DNA of 64,000 nt from a virus (lineage: Duplodnaviria; Heunggongvirae; Uroviricota; Caudoviricetes). Each line of letters begins with the position of its first letter. The stretch's first letter is position 1. The position numbers and the translations under genes were made by a program. This document shows, in pieces, positions 30,691 through 43,743 of the stretch. Under the pieces are notes generated by a model. The model was not told where the DNA came from, did not search any database, and saw only the letters and a program-made list of their open reading frames with translations. The DNA is taken from IMG/VR virus record IMGVR_UViG_2880389630_000005. One strand, written 5' to 3'.

Positions 30691-32799
30691 TTACTCCCGC
30701 TCCATTCCGCTTAGCGATGCCACAATCCCACCCCTCGCTAAGCGCTGAAACTCTTCGTTTCCGACGGTATCACGTATCGCTTTTACAGCAGCTTTATTTG
30801 CCATAAATCTGCGTTCAGCCGCCGCTAATGCACCATCACTTGCCCCAACCTTAACTGCCTTTGTTGCCTCTTGAACAGCCTTTTCAATAGCGTAACGACC
30901 ACTGCGGGATGCAGCTAACTTTTCTATCGTCCCTTTAGCTATAGATCCAGAAACAGCCCCCACAACACCGCCAACAATCCCTCCACCAGTGGTACCAACA
31001 ATAGCCCCTGATGTTGAATTGCCTATTGCATTGAGAACTGTCATGACAGCTTTTGGCAGTCCTTGCTCAAGAGAGTTAATTGCCGGTATAGAGCGCCCAG
31101 TATGCTCTACATATCGCAGTGGTCTGGTTGCTGCTCTGGCAAGGTCGCTGTATGCCCTAGCAATCTTACCCATTTCTGGCGAGTGCTTGCTAATGGCAGT
31201 AATATTCTGCGGCGTAAGGATCGACGCTATATGGAATACGCCAGCAGACTCTGATTTACCGCCACGCACCCCTTGCGATACCGCATCTTGTAATATTGAT
31301 GCAATTGCTGGAGATCGCTCAGACTCTGGCAGTGCGCCAATAATCTGATGAAACTTTCCTGTCCCACTTTTTGATGAATTTTGCAAGGCTTTAATACCAT
31401 CAGTGACTAACTGATCAGTTGCAAGGTTTCTAAACGCTGCTTCAGCCTGTTCTTGTGCTGTAAATCTTGCTTTTGACAGATCATTAGCTTTTTGCCAGTC
31501 ATCAAGAAAACCGCCATTTTGAGCCATTATGCGCATATCTTCCGTTGCTGCATCACGAAGCTCCGCCATGCGCCTTGCCGTATTTGCCTCACCAGACCTT
31601 ATATACTTCTGCTCAGCGTCAGCAAGTTTACTTCGCCATGCCTTCATGGCATCAAACGTGATTCCTTTTTTACCAGTTTTAGCATAAGCAGATGCAAATT
31701 GTTTCATCTCAGGAGTTAGCGGCATACCAGCCAAAATATCACCCTGAATTGTAGCGTTCAGGTTTGACATTCTGGCCTTTGCGTCAGGCATCGTGGAGCG
31801 GACGCTATCCCATGCTGCCTTTTCTGAGTTCTTCATTTTATCAATACTTGCTAAAACCCTTTGTTTTATGGCTGCACTTTTTTCTGATGCAGATCCAGCC
31901 TCAGCACCAAGTTCATCAAGTGCTGAGTGGAATTTCGACTGTATTTCACTAAAAGCCCTAGTATGTGCATCCTGAACAATTCCTGGTTCGGATGCCAATA
32001 TCCCTTCGGCTTGTGCAATTCCACGACTTCCAGATCGCATTCCTGGTGTTAATGCGTTTATATCAATTCCAGCAGACTCAGCCGCTTTTGCTACATCTTC
32101 GGACACATTAGCGGCCTGACTGGCAATTGACTGACGCCCAGCACCTGACTTTGCCATCCTGGAAACATCATTAGCAGAATTCAGTGCTGCACCACCAAGA
32201 GCCTGTGAAACCCTTGGAGCAATAACGCGCCCGACACCTGAAAGAACGCCTTGAGCACCAATATTGATACCACCGTTAATGGCAGCATTTTGTGCAAAGT
32301 CGCCCTCCTGATTTGCAGCATCAGCAAGAGAACCTGCAATCATGTTTCCTGCGGAACCGATATCTTCAGCGAGCTTTGCTGGCGCTCCAGCAGCTTTTGC
32401 CGCTGTGCCAATTGGCAGGAGATACCCACCAATTGTTTCACCGGCTTGCGCGTAAGGGTCTGTCGGTCGATCGACTGGACGATAGACATCATCCAAAACC
32501 TTGGGGCCACCAAGCCCCTGGCTGATTGCATTAATCAGACTTGCGCCACCCTGCAATACGTCAAATGGTATGTTTACCAGACCACGACCAGCCTGTTCTG
32601 CAATTTGCCCTGCACTTTGACCACCAGTGAGCCAGCCAGTGGCTTTTCCTACCAGAGATTGTTCTTCTGGCTGCGATTGGTTTTGAGTGGATTGATCACC
32701 AGAAGACAGCATCTGAGCAATGCGACGTGCTCCCTCAGTATCACCGGCAGCATCAGCATTCCTTAACGCCGTCATCAACTGTTCGCGACTATAGGCCAT
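30691..32799 (-). CDS. ejection/DNA-transfer protein (P22 gp16-like)
   Basis: 702 aa, Ala/Gly-rich; position after gp20-like gene at end of the ejection protein cluster. Confidence 0.6.
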   Translation of the reverse strand: MAYSREQLMTALRNADAAGDTEGARRIAQMLSSGDQSTQNQSQPEEQSLVGKATGWLTGGQSAGQIAEQAGRGLVNIPFDVLQGGASLINAISQGLGGPKVLDDVYRPVDRPTDPYAQAGETIGGYLLPIGTAAKAAGAPAKLAEDIGSAGNMIAGSLADAANQEGDFAQNAAINGGINIGAQGVLSGVGRVIAPRVSQALGGAALNSANDVSRMAKSGAGRQSIASQAANVSEDVAKAAESAGIDINALTPGMRSGSRGIAQAEGILASEPGIVQDAHTRAFSEIQSKFHSALDELGAEAGSASEKSAAIKQRVLASIDKMKNSEKAAWDSVRSTMPDAKARMSNLNATIQGDILAGMPLTPEMKQFASAYAKTGKKGITFDAMKAWRSKLADAEQKYIRSGEANTARRMAELRDAATEDMRIMAQNGGFLDDWQKANDLSKARFTAQEQAEAAFRNLATDQLVTDGIKALQNSSKSGTGKFHQIIGALPESERSPAIASILQDAVSQGVRGGKSESAGVFHIASILTPQNITAISKHSPEMGKIARAYSDLARAATRPLRYVEHTGRSIPAINSLEQGLPKAVMTVLNAIGNSTSGAIVGTTGGGIVGGVVGAVSGSIAKGTIEKLAASRSGRYAIEKAVQEATKAVKVGASDGALAAAERRFMANKAAVKAIRDTVGNEEFQRLARGGIVASLSGMERE

Positions 32800-33346
32800 T
32801 ACTGCCCTCCGAGATATTTATTAATCAAGTCATCATCAGAAAGCTGCTGTTGAGACGGTTGTATGTCCTTCCCGTATTTCTGTTGCATACGTTTCTGAGC
32901 CATCTCAGTGGTTTTTATGATTGTTTTGATAGCTGCTCTGGCTGATTTTTCAGACTGATTTGGGGACAAACTACCAATAGCATCCATTACCTTTTGCCCC
33001 TCGGCATTACTTAAAGCCCCCATCCCTTTCATCTGCTGAATGCCAGATAAGAATCCCTGAGATTTCAGTGTGTCAACCAGAGTTTCTGTATCAGCAGCCT
33101 CTGTTCCTGGAATGAATCTACTCGATAGTGGGTTTAGGTTTGTTCCGAAATATCCCGTGAATCCTGGGCTATTAAGAACTTTTGTAGCCGTCTCTATCGT
33201 TCTGGAGAGATTATCCATTCCAGAGTTGTACGCATCGGCCTTATCTCGCTTTGCCTGCTCCATAGCTTGCTGATTGAAGTGGTTTACTGAATTTGGCCAC
33301 CTGAACAGAGGTGATATGCTCACCTCAGAACAACACAGGTGCCATA

Positions 33347-34494
<1,148 letters not shown>

Positions 34495-35336
34495 CTCGGT
34501 GGCCAGTTTTTGTTGACCACTTCAGATTCTGCAATCTCTTGTCCTGCAATTCAGCAAGTTTTAAGGCATTAGTTTCATTTGCGATGAGTCTGTCGTATTT
34601 CTTGTCCTCTAATTCCATCCGACGAAGATTGACATTTTGTTGCGCAATATTGTTGCTTGCCCACCCTCTGGCATTTGTCATGTCATTATTACGGATTGTT
34701 TCGTTAATTCTTTGCTGCTCCTGCTGGCGACCAACCATCTTGTCCTGATAATCCAGCATTTTATCCGGACCAACAGCCCCTAGCGTCATAGTAGTCAGCA
34801 TGTGTGATAGCTGCTCTGGATTCTGGATACCTGTCTGAATCATCCAGTCAGCATTCGCCCCCACGCGATTTAACCTGTCCTTGTTGTCAGTAATGAATTT
34901 ACTGTAGGCTTCCGGTCCCTGAGAAAGAGCGACGTTAGCCCTCATGGCTAAATCGCCCATATCGTTGCGTTGCTGATCATTAAGACCGGAAAACGCCTGT
35001 TGTGCCTGTGCAACAAACGCTGGATTTTCCTGGGCAAACTTAAATAGTCCCGATGGATCACCAGAAGCCCATGCATCAGCGTGAACCTTATTGAACGCAC
35101 TAATAGCTTTCTGTTGCTGTTCCTGCTTATAAATATCAGCAACTCCAGCCAGACCACGTAACGCGGTCAGACCAACGTTATTTGCACCTGATCGAGCCAG
35201 TTCATTGTTTTCGCGGATCAGACCAAGCGTTGCGTTAATGTCGCTTGCCTTTGGCGCATTCTCGTTTTGCGCACCAATGCCAGCCAGAAAACCACCAGAA
35301 TTAATACCCTGTTGCCACGTAGCCATTGATTACCCC

Positions 35337-36029
35337 TTAAAACAACGAGCCAAGCAGACCAAGACCAGCACCGATACCAGCACCCCACGGAGTTGATAGC
35401 TCGAGAGCACTGGCTATGCCACCACCCAAAAGCGCACCGGATGCAGCACCACTAACCCCCTGCTGCAATGCTGACGGTCGGTTGGCGTTTGCCGCAGCCA
35501 GCGCCGCGCTTTGCTGTGAAATCTGACTCATGTTGTTGGCATATGTTTGCCCGGCGTTTGCCTGCCCCTGAAGAGCGCCAAGACCGATATTTGCCAGGTT
35601 GTTGTAATTGTTCATTTGTCCAGATAGCCATTGCTGACCAAGCGTTGGTGCGATTGTTGCTAACTGATTACTTGTTGCGGTGGAACCCAATCCACCTGTT
35701 GCTTCCGCTGCCGCCAGACTCTGATAACGAGCCTGCCCTGCAAGGTCTTTATACTGCTGAGAGTTGTAATACTGGTTAAGTGCCTGACCTTGCCCCTCCA
35801 GAGACGATAAGTTCTCGAGGCTGCCGACATACTTCTCAGCCAGAGGAGTAAACGGCTTCAGGTTGTTCATGATGGTGTTGAACTGCTGATTTTGCAGGTC
35901 TGCGGCATACTTCTGGGCTTCTGCTGCATACTTTGCGCTTTTATCAGAGCTACCACCTTTCCCGCCTTTTTCAGGGCAATAAGGTTCCTCGCCGCGCAGT
36001 TTTCTGCCCAGCTTAAATGCATATAACAT
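35337..36029 (-). CDS. ejection protein (P22 gp7-like)
   Basis: 230 aa; Gln/Ala-rich with Gly-rich hydrophobic C-terminus; position before gp20-like gene. Confidence 0.6.
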   Translation of the reverse strand: MLYAFKLGRKLRGEEPYCPEKGGKGGSSDKSAKYAAEAQKYAADLQNQQFNTIMNNLKPFTPLAEKYVGSLENLSSLEGQGQALNQYYNSQQYKDLAGQARYQSLAAAEATGGLGSTATSNQLATIAPTLGQQWLSGQMNNYNNLANIGLGALQGQANAGQTYANNMSQISQQSAALAAANANRPSALQQGVSGAASGALLGGGIASALELSTPWGAGIGAGLGLLGSLF

Positions 36030-36031
36030 GG

Positions 36032-36487
36032 CTATCTCCCGTGATTCAGGAAGTCGATTAGTTCTTCGCGTGTGGCGCTGTAAAACGTCACGTCATCCAC
36101 GCCTTTGAAGTATTTCTTGATGGTTCCTACACGATTAAGGCCAATCATTGCGCAGTACATCTGCCCGTGGCGGAATTTGCGTGCAGCGAACGATGTGACG
36201 CACTGAACGGTGGTGTTAGTCAGAATGTATCGCCAGAACGCCAGCCCGATTTCCTTGCTGAAGCCGCGAATCTCTGGCAGGTACATGGCGTGGCAATCAA
36301 AGGTTAGCGGCTGAATCTCCTGATAGTAAACAATTCCGCCGAACTGCCCGTGCACGTTCACCTCAAAGTAACGGCATTCAGGTTTGTAGTCGTATCCATC
36401 ACCGTTGTTGCTCCCGGCGATAATGTCATGGTGATTTCCGACTGCTTCGATCAGGTCGATGTTTCGCGTTGGTTTGAATGTAATCAT
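36032..36487 (-). CDS. head assembly protein (P22 gp14-like)
   Basis: 151 aa between tail needle and ejection protein genes. Confidence 0.5.
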   Translation of the reverse strand: MITFKPTRNIDLIEAVGNHHDIIAGSNNGDGYDYKPECRYFEVNVHGQFGGIVYYQEIQPLTFDCHAMYLPEIRGFSKEIGLAFWRYILTNTTVQCVTSFAARKFRHGQMYCAMIGLNRVGTIKKYFKGVDDVTFYSATREELIDFLNHGR

Positions 36488-37188
36488 CAGTCAATCAGCC
36501 CATGTAATCTAAGTGCCGTTTCAAGCGCCAGAATACGCTGCCGCGCCTGCTGCAAACCTGTAGCGAGAGCCGCGACTTCGGATTGTGTGTACGTAGTGCC
36601 AACCGTGTATGACTGGTTAGCGTTGAATGAGCCAAGAAGAGGTGTACCTGTGGCTGCAGTCCATCCGGTATTTCTTGCTCCAACAACCTGAATTCCATCA
36701 ACTGAATATGATGTTTTTACATCCAGCGGTGACGCAAGAGACTGCGATTCGGTTACAGTTTTCGATACGTAATCACTCTTAATGTCAGATACATTGCTTT
36801 CTACGCCATCCAGTCTTTGGTCAACAGTGACCAGATGCGCCTGAATATCGATAACCTCATCAAGCAAGTAATCAACATCGCTACGCAGTACGACTATCTT
36901 CCCTTCGGCGGTTGTTAACCTGACCTCAAGGAGATTTATCGCTTTTGTGTTTGCGGTGATTCTTGCATCGTGATCTGCCAGTTCGACGTCCTGTTCATCG
37001 TTTTTTACCTGAGCATCGTAAGCGCCCTGACCAGCCTGATTTGCCTTCCCGGCAATTGCGCCAACATCAGCACCCTGATTTATGACATACAGCAGGTAAG
37101 ACTGGCTGAATATATTGCGTGGCAAAATTGAAGCATCAAGGCGCGTAGCCTGAACCGCGACAGGATTATTCAGTGATGAATCCGCCAT
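36487..37188 (-). CDS. tail needle protein (P22 gp26-like)
   Basis: 233 aa; N- and C-termini closely match P22 gp26 ([10 protein letters not shown]...; ...[21 protein letters not shown]). Confidence 0.85.
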   Translation of the reverse strand: MADSSLNNPVAVQATRLDASILPRNIFSQSYLLYVINQGADVGAIAGKANQAGQGAYDAQVKNDEQDVELADHDARITANTKAINLLEVRLTTAEGKIVVLRSDVDYLLDEVIDIQAHLVTVDQRLDGVESNVSDIKSDYVSKTVTESQSLASPLDVKTSYSVDGIQVVGARNTGWTAATGTPLLGSFNANQSYTVGTTYTQSEVAALATGLQQARQRILALETALRLHGLID

Positions 37189-38606
37189 TACTCAATCCTT
37201 ATCTGGCAGCCAGACAGAGTGACAGGTGACTTCGTGATAACGCGCAATTTGAAGCCGACATTTTTCCTGATTCGCCCGACACGCTTCCACAAAACGCGTT
37301 TGTCGTAAACGAACGGTTCATTCTGCTCAATCATCTGCTCACGACCGTAATTGATGCCGTCAGTGGTTGCAGAGAGGAACAGGCGGTCAGCGTACTGAGC
37401 GACACCCGTCGATGATTCAACTTCAAGATCGAAGCATCTGGCGTTATCTGCTTTGAAGAGTGGAGTAAACAGCAGGTGTTCTTGCTGTAGCCCATACTGG
37501 CTGCTGATATCGAACTGCAATTTCCCGGTCACGGACTCCAGCTTATCGCCGCACGTTATCTGATTGCCTTCGTAAATGAAGTCAATAGCGCGGTACACAT
37601 CGTCATACAGGCCTGTTTTCAGCACACACCATTGCGGACCATTGGCGCTTGAAGATGCGTCGTACACCAGAACATGGCGCGGAAGATGGATAATCAGCAG
37701 CTCATGCGCATCAAATCGCAGAGACTCCATCACGCCATCAGCCAGTTCATCAGCAGTGTAGGAGCGTAGTATTTTCTCAATGCTCGCGCTGGCGATTGGT
37801 GATACCTGACCGGAGCCGATGATGTACACAGACGGCGCACCCGTTGCCGGGTTGCTGATGAAAGCATAGGAATCAGCAAACGGCGTTTTGCAGTAAGTCC
37901 CGGCGATGCCTTTTTGCACCATCAGCGATGGCTGTGCGACATACAAAGCAGCACCAACAGTGGTTGCACCAGTCAGGGAGAAATATTCAATCGTCGATGA
38001 ACCAAAGCAGACGATGAAGTCTCGCCATGTTCCGATGCCGATGATACCGTCAGGCTGAGACTCGGCACGATATTGTGCACTGTAACGGTCAGGATGCGAT
38101 TCGTCTTCAAGGTCAGTGATAAACCATGAATCCGTGCCGTCTTTTGACCACGCATAACGCCCACGTAAGCGTGTAATGTCACGAACAGAACCTAACTCAT
38201 ACTGTGTGAATCCGCTGTCTGTAGGCCAGTTTGAGACGGTTTTAACCGTGCCATCATAGCGATACTCGACCAGTTGACCATTAACGCCTACCGCCTGTGA
38301 TGTCCGACCATGCGCCATTGATACGCGACCACTTCCGGCAACATCACCGACTTCACTTTCTCCTTTGTACAGCTTTCCACCACACACGCGATAAACAGCA
38401 TTCTGCGCCATGTTGTACTCGACGCCTCGCGATACTCCGTTCACATCAGAACGTTTGGCAATGCCCGGGAATGAACGAAGATATCCGCTGCTGTTAAGGA
38501 TTTCTTTGGGTGTAGCCAACATATTCACTGGCAGATAGTCGATATAGTCGGCGTTTCGGAAATCTTTGCCGACACCTTTCATAAGCGGAAGTTGCTGAAT
38601 CGGCAT
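37188..38606 (-). CDS. tail accessory protein (P22 gp10-like)
   Basis: 472 aa, same size as P22 gp10; conserved order. Confidence 0.7.
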   Translation of the reverse strand: MPIQQLPLMKGVGKDFRNADYIDYLPVNMLATPKEILNSSGYLRSFPGIAKRSDVNGVSRGVEYNMAQNAVYRVCGGKLYKGESEVGDVAGSGRVSMAHGRTSQAVGVNGQLVEYRYDGTVKTVSNWPTDSGFTQYELGSVRDITRLRGRYAWSKDGTDSWFITDLEDESHPDRYSAQYRAESQPDGIIGIGTWRDFIVCFGSSTIEYFSLTGATTVGAALYVAQPSLMVQKGIAGTYCKTPFADSYAFISNPATGAPSVYIIGSGQVSPIASASIEKILRSYTADELADGVMESLRFDAHELLIIHLPRHVLVYDASSSANGPQWCVLKTGLYDDVYRAIDFIYEGNQITCGDKLESVTGKLQFDISSQYGLQQEHLLFTPLFKADNARCFDLEVESSTGVAQYADRLFLSATTDGINYGREQMIEQNEPFVYDKRVLWKRVGRIRKNVGFKLRVITKSPVTLSGCQIRIE

Positions 38607-38615
38607 TTATTCACC

Positions 38616-39077
38616 TCACGTACTCGGATCATCTTTCTCGATGTAAAACCGATTCCACGTAAACGCGCTTTTGTTACCACTACCGCGAGGCATGTCATTT
38701 CGTCGCTCAAGTGGTGGTATTTTTGTTAAAGCGATACAGATTGTCTGATATGCACTGTCAGCAGCGGTCAGGAGAGCATCCGACGGCTGAATGACGTTAT
38801 CCATGCACACCTGCACAGCGAGCTTCAAAGCGACGCCATCATTTGCCCATGCAGGGATACCTGAATCATCGTCAGGTAACGGCATGATGCCGTTTTCTGT
38901 ATCAGCAAACTGATATCCAAGCTCGATACCTTTCGCCTGCCATGCTGCCATCATGTCTTCGAGGTCATTAATGGCATCTTCAATTGCCTGAGGGTCGGCA
39001 TCTGTCAACGTGGCATTGGAATACAGCCCGGCTTTTCGTAAAGCCTTAAGAACGAGATCACCCTTCGTTTTCGCCAT
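38616..39077 (-). CDS. tail accessory protein (P22 gp4-like)
   Basis: 153 aa downstream of coat gene. Confidence 0.6.
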   Translation of the reverse strand: MAKTKGDLVLKALRKAGLYSNATLTDADPQAIEDAINDLEDMMAAWQAKGIELGYQFADTENGIMPLPDDDSGIPAWANDGVALKLAVQVCMDNVIQPSDALLTAADSAYQTICIALTKIPPLERRNDMPRGSGNKSAFTWNRFYIEKDDPST

Positions 39078-39246
39078 CTTCTTCCGCCTTAGCCACTTTT
39101 TGCTTCGTTGCGGTTTCTTCAGGAGTTTTTACCCAGCCTTTTTTCAGGTGAGATTTAACTTCTTCGTCATCAACAATGATGTAATCGACAGCAAACTGAC
39201 CACAGGTGATCATGTTGCCCGGCTTATAGAGCATTGTTCGTGCCAT
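39058..39246 (-). CDS. small hypothetical protein
   Basis: About 62 aa from internal ATG; acidic C-terminus; between coat and gp4-like genes. Confidence 0.3.
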   Translation of the reverse strand: MARTMLYKPGNMITCGQFAVDYIIVDDEEVKSHLKKGWVKTPEETATKQKVAKAEEDGENEG

Positions 39247-39287
39247 TGTCTTCTCCCAATAAAAATGGGGCCGAAGCCCCACCAAAA

Positions 39288-40541
39288 TTACTGCCCGGCA
39301 ATAACGATGCCCGTATATTCAGGAACAAGTACAGAGCAACCGTACAGAGTGGTGAAACGAGCAGTGGTTACGCCTTTGATGTGGTCGAAGGCATAAGACA
39401 TGATCAGCGTAGCGCCCTGCTCGGTGGTTGCTGTCATTACCTGTGGACCCTGACCAGTCGGGAACGCCAGTTTGCCGTACATCAGTTCAACAGAACCATC
39501 AGCCCAGAACAGGTTAGCCGGTGCGGCATTTTTGTTGAGAATGGTGATTGCTGCGCTACTTGCCGCATTAGCATCAACGTTTGCATATGGACGGCTGGCG
39601 ACATCCGCGTTGTCAGGCGGCAGAATTTTCGGGGATATAGTTACTGTCGTTCCGCTAACTGCCAGAACGCGGAATACCTGCGGCTGCCCGGTGGTATCTT
39701 TGGTGATCTGGTGTACGGAATTCACCCCTGCGATGGTAAACGCATCGCCAACCTGCAAACCTTCAGCAGATACCGTAATGGTCCCCTGTCGGTTATCCAC
39801 TGGCATATCGTTAGCATCTTTCGCTTCAACCTTGTGCGCAGGTGCTGCTGCCAGCGTAATGGAAGTTGCTGTACCCTTCGGAACACGACCGGAAATATCG
39901 GTCTTGTAGCTATCGAAGGACGCAACCGGAGGGATCTGCGCTTTTTCGTATGCTGTCAGGGTTGCGCCCTGAGCATAAGCACGGTGACCAAGCTCGCCAG
40001 CAAGGTCTTTATAGTTGAAGGGGTTCCAGAAAGAGCGGCGGTTGATACCCTGTGGTACACCAATCGCCGTCATGGTGGCATCAATACCTGCCGCACAGTT
40101 CCACAAATCACGGCCCTGTGAACCAGTGGTTGAGTCAGCCATTGTGATCACGTTAGTAGCACGCTGCGTGACCATGGAAATCAGATCAGAGTCAATCTGT
40201 GCAGCAAGGCGCATACCTGCGGCGCGACCAGCTTCAGTTTTATGTTCCGGGTCACGCATTTCACGCGCATCCAGAGTGTACAGAATGTTTTTCGGCTCCT
40301 TGAACACTGAAGGAACAAGGCGCTGAACCAGTGCTGTTGGCGTTTTGCCGCTGAGATCGAGGCCTTCCTCAATGTTCATGTGGTAATGCTGCGGACGATA
40401 CAGAACATCACCTGCTCGCTGCATTGCTGTATCACCGGGACGGAATTTTTTAGCGTTACGGGAAACTACGCAGGCGGCCTCAAAGCCTTCAACGTAGTTT
40501 TCGAACATGATTTCAAGGTCTTTTGCTAATTGGTTAGACAT
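39288..40541 (-). CDS. coat (major capsid) protein, P22-like
   Basis: 417 aa; position after scaffold gene; size of P22-family coat proteins. Confidence 0.75.
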   Translation of the reverse strand: MSNQLAKDLEIMFENYVEGFEAACVVSRNAKKFRPGDTAMQRAGDVLYRPQHYHMNIEEGLDLSGKTPTALVQRLVPSVFKEPKNILYTLDAREMRDPEHKTEAGRAAGMRLAAQIDSDLISMVTQRATNVITMADSTTGSQGRDLWNCAAGIDATMTAIGVPQGINRRSFWNPFNYKDLAGELGHRAYAQGATLTAYEKAQIPPVASFDSYKTDISGRVPKGTATSITLAAAPAHKVEAKDANDMPVDNRQGTITVSAEGLQVGDAFTIAGVNSVHQITKDTTGQPQVFRVLAVSGTTVTISPKILPPDNADVASRPYANVDANAASSAAITILNKNAAPANLFWADGSVELMYGKLAFPTGQGPQVMTATTEQGATLIMSYAFDHIKGVTTARFTTLYGCSVLVPEYTGIVIAGQ

Positions 40542-40559
40542 GCTTAATGCTCCGATAGG

Positions 40560-41453
40560 TTATTTTTTTGCCTTTTTAGCGGCGAAATACGGCGTCCAGT
40601 CACCAGTTTCCAGCGCCTTGGCTTTCAATTTGTCGAGGTTGTTGATTACTGCGCCGTTGCTCCCCTTAACTGTCGGGGTTGTGGCTGCCGTGGTTTTTGC
40701 TTTTGGCATGATTCTGGCCTTAGATTCGATACGTTCCAGCAGACGACCAATTGCTACGGGGTTGGTAGCTTCTGCCAGTTGCTTGCGCAGTTCAGCGTTG
40801 CGACCAAGCGCCAGAACAACGATTTCCGGCTTCTCTGACTCAAACAGGATCGCGTTTTGTGTCTCGATGGGGATTTCCTCGAGTACGGCCTGTTCTGCTT
40901 CCTGATAGCCAGGAACCTTGAGAGCCTTAACACGTTGCTGATATTTGGATAATCGCTCTTGATAAGCAGCCTGAAGCTCCTGCTCCTTCTGCTTGCGAGC
41001 CATCTCCTGTTGCTGGTACTTGCCGTTATCCTCTGCCCACTTAGCCATGCGTTGCTGGTAGATTTCTTCATCGAAACCGATGTCCTCATCGTCCAGTTTT
41101 GGCATTCGCGGTGGTTGAGTGATTACCGGCTGCTGCTCGACGGGTTTCTGAGACTGACGCATCAGCTCTTTCAGCTCGCGGTCTTTCTCTTTAATCGTCT
41201 TGCGCAGGTGTTTTACCAGTCCATGCTCTGCGCCATCTTCGCTGGTTGGCGAATCCAGCTTTTCGTCACCAAAGTAGAATTCCTGTTCTGATTCGTCGTC
41301 ATCAGTTTCAGTAGCTTCCTCTGCATCATTGCCGGAGGACTCACTGCCATCTTCTGTTTCGACTTCTTCAGCCAGTTCGACATCATCAGGAATCTGCTCT
41401 GACGCGTCGGTTTCGATTTCAACTTCTGGTGTGTTTTCTGCCATCTGGTCCAT
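40560..41453 (-). CDS. scaffolding protein
   Basis: 297 aa; highly charged, acidic N-terminus, helical; between portal and coat. Confidence 0.65.
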   Translation of the reverse strand: MDQMAENTPEVEIETDASEQIPDDVELAEEVETEDGSESSGNDAEEATETDDDESEQEFYFGDEKLDSPTSEDGAEHGLVKHLRKTIKEKDRELKELMRQSQKPVEQQPVITQPPRMPKLDDEDIGFDEEIYQQRMAKWAEDNGKYQQQEMARKQKEQELQAAYQERLSKYQQRVKALKVPGYQEAEQAVLEEIPIETQNAILFESEKPEIVVLALGRNAELRKQLAEATNPVAIGRLLERIESKARIMPKAKTTAATTPTVKGSNGAVINNLDKLKAKALETGDWTPYFAAKKAKK

Positions 41454-41543
41454 TTGTTACCCCTGTTTACTCGATGTTCAGCCCATCGGAAGGCAATAGG
41501 GTGCCAGGCCTCATAAAGACAGCCATTGCACGTTATGGGTTAA

Positions 41544-43742
41544 TTACTGCTGTGGTTGTTGCTGAGTTGGTTTTTGCAGGATGCTGCTGATGTCCATGCG
41601 CTGCGCATGGCCCTGTGCCTGACTTTTCAGGACAAGCTCTGCATCAGCACGGGCATTGTCTCCTTGCTGTTGCTGGAACTGTCCGAGCAGTTTCAGAGCC
41701 TCGCGGATATCAGATTTCTGCTGGCTATCGGCAGATGCGAGGATTTTCACAACATTTGCCGCTGCAACCTGAGCATCAGTCTGTGCCTGGAATGCTTTAA
41801 CCTGAATGGCTGCCTGTTCGTTCTGCGCTTTCTGCAATTCAGCCTGACCAGCAAGAAGCTGACCTTGCGCAGCAACCATAGCCGGATCTGGCTGACTGGC
41901 CTGTTGTTGTTTCGCCTGCTCAACCATTTGCTGCTCTTCTGGCGTTCTCGGCTTGATAACGCCAGACAGAAGCAACTGATTGCGGTTGTATTCTTTCAGG
42001 TCGTCCATCCCTTCGCCGTCCATATTGTCGAGAATCATCGACGATACAAGGTCGTGCTTCGGCGTTCCTGGTGGGATAAGTGCCAGCATGGAAAGTAACG
42101 ACTTAACCGTTGCATCACGGCGAGTAGCGAACGACTGACCGACATCGACAGTCACTTCATAGTTACCCTGCGAAAGGTCGTTAAGCGCGATAACCTGCCC
42201 TGTCTGACGGTCAACCACTTCACCAGTCATCAGCGCCACGTCATCGCTGCCGTCCTCATTAACGATACGCATCGGCGTATCACTGCCATAGACCTCACGC
42301 GCCATAGAAAGCCACACAACGCCAGCGCGGCGCATGGATTTAGCCATGTTGTCCATGTAGATATAGGACTGCGTGTCCATCCGGTTAAAAATGCTATCAA
42401 CGGTATCGGTGGCGACGTTGCTCGGCATGTTCTCAAGCTGCGACGCACCTGTAATTTGCTGAATAGCCGTTCCGGTGTACTGCAATAGCCCGGCAAGAGC
42501 TGGAGGCATTTGTGTCGGAGGTGTCCAGCCAGCAACCTGAGCCTCTGAAATGACCGTTCCGTTTTTGTCCTTCTTGCTGGTCATGGGAAGAACTGCAGGT
42601 CTTTTCTTATTCCTCTCTGCCCAGTGATTCATTAATGGACCGGGAATGAAATCAACATCCACGATAGGAATGCCATCACCGCCAGCCTGAGTAGCGTTAT
42701 CTGCAATCATGGAAACCATCAGGTTCTCAAGACGCTGTGCATCCATCGCTTTTGCAGCGTGGCCTTCGATTCGCTCCTGATTATCAACAAATGAGCGACG
42801 CCCATATACCGGGATGAGAGGAATATGTTCACCCGGAATACGCTTCGGTTCTTCCAGCCATTCAGCGCCAGACAGAAGACCGCAATAAACGCGGCGCTTC
42901 TTCACCGTTCGCTCGCCAATCAGTTCGAATGCACCATCGGTCAGCTCGTCGACAATATCTTTGATTTGCTCTTCATCATAGATTGCCGTTTCTCCGCTAA
43001 CAGGGTTGCGCCACGCCGTGAGCTTCACCTTCTCTATGCGAACTTCGTAGTAGCGTCCAACATAGATGGCATCGGGCGTTGACCAGTCATATTGAGTGCC
43101 AGTGTCATCACGAGAAAGGCTTGCCGCGATGGAATCAGGGTATTCAGCCTCGAACGCTTTAGGCGTCATGGAGAACATTTCCATAGCCCACATAGCATCA
43201 GAGCGGTCATATTGCTTGCTGTCCTGATCGAAGAAGACGCATGTCGCTGGGTCGTAAACAGGAAGAAGACTGATGCGTCGCTGCTCGTTACTCGGATCCA
43301 TTTCATCTTCGTAATCGGCACACATGCGGAAACAACCGAATCCGCCCGTTACAGCATCATCAAATGCGTTATCACACGCTTCGCCACCGGATGTTTCCTG
43401 ATAGTCAGCGCGGAATTTGCCGTTCATCTTTTCGGCTAACGCTTCCGATGCCTTATCGTCCTTCGGCCTGAATTTAACGCTTATGCGATTCTGTCGATAC
43501 TCGCCAATGATGCGATCACATTCACGGGCAATCTTATTCAGTTCAAAGCGCGGGTAATGCTCAAACCTGCCTTCATCAAATGAGTAACCAGCGTTTGTGC
43601 TGCCTTCCCACTGTGCGCCGGACACCCGTACGAAACGTTGAGCCTCAATAATCTGCTCACGCATATCCTGCGTTGCTGACCAGGCATTATCAAAGTTGCA
43701 CAGCACCTTGCGATGCCAGTCAGTCATCTTTTTTTCTGCCAT
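41544..43742 (-). CDS. portal protein (P22 gp1-like)
   Basis: 732 aa with Gln-rich C-terminal barrel-like tail; after terminase large subunit. Confidence 0.8.
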   Translation of the reverse strand: MAEKKMTDWHRKVLCNFDNAWSATQDMREQIIEAQRFVRVSGAQWEGSTNAGYSFDEGRFEHYPRFELNKIARECDRIIGEYRQNRISVKFRPKDDKASEALAEKMNGKFRADYQETSGGEACDNAFDDAVTGGFGCFRMCADYEDEMDPSNEQRRISLLPVYDPATCVFFDQDSKQYDRSDAMWAMEMFSMTPKAFEAEYPDSIAASLSRDDTGTQYDWSTPDAIYVGRYYEVRIEKVKLTAWRNPVSGETAIYDEEQIKDIVDELTDGAFELIGERTVKKRRVYCGLLSGAEWLEEPKRIPGEHIPLIPVYGRRSFVDNQERIEGHAAKAMDAQRLENLMVSMIADNATQAGGDGIPIVDVDFIPGPLMNHWAERNKKRPAVLPMTSKKDKNGTVISEAQVAGWTPPTQMPPALAGLLQYTGTAIQQITGASQLENMPSNVATDTVDSIFNRMDTQSYIYMDNMAKSMRRAGVVWLSMAREVYGSDTPMRIVNEDGSDDVALMTGEVVDRQTGQVIALNDLSQGNYEVTVDVGQSFATRRDATVKSLLSMLALIPPGTPKHDLVSSMILDNMDGEGMDDLKEYNRNQLLLSGVIKPRTPEEQQMVEQAKQQQASQPDPAMVAAQGQLLAGQAELQKAQNEQAAIQVKAFQAQTDAQVAAANVVKILASADSQQKSDIREALKLLGQFQQQQGDNARADAELVLKSQAQGHAQRMDISSILQKPTQQQPQQ

Positions 43743-43743
43743 A

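Noticed and set aside
39234-40121. 295-aa ORF on the + strand
   Set aside because: Antisense to the coat protein gene; Cys/Arg-rich, low-complexity translation.
41556-42098. 180-aa ORF on the + strand
   Set aside because: Antisense to the portal gene; Leu-rich low-complexity translation.
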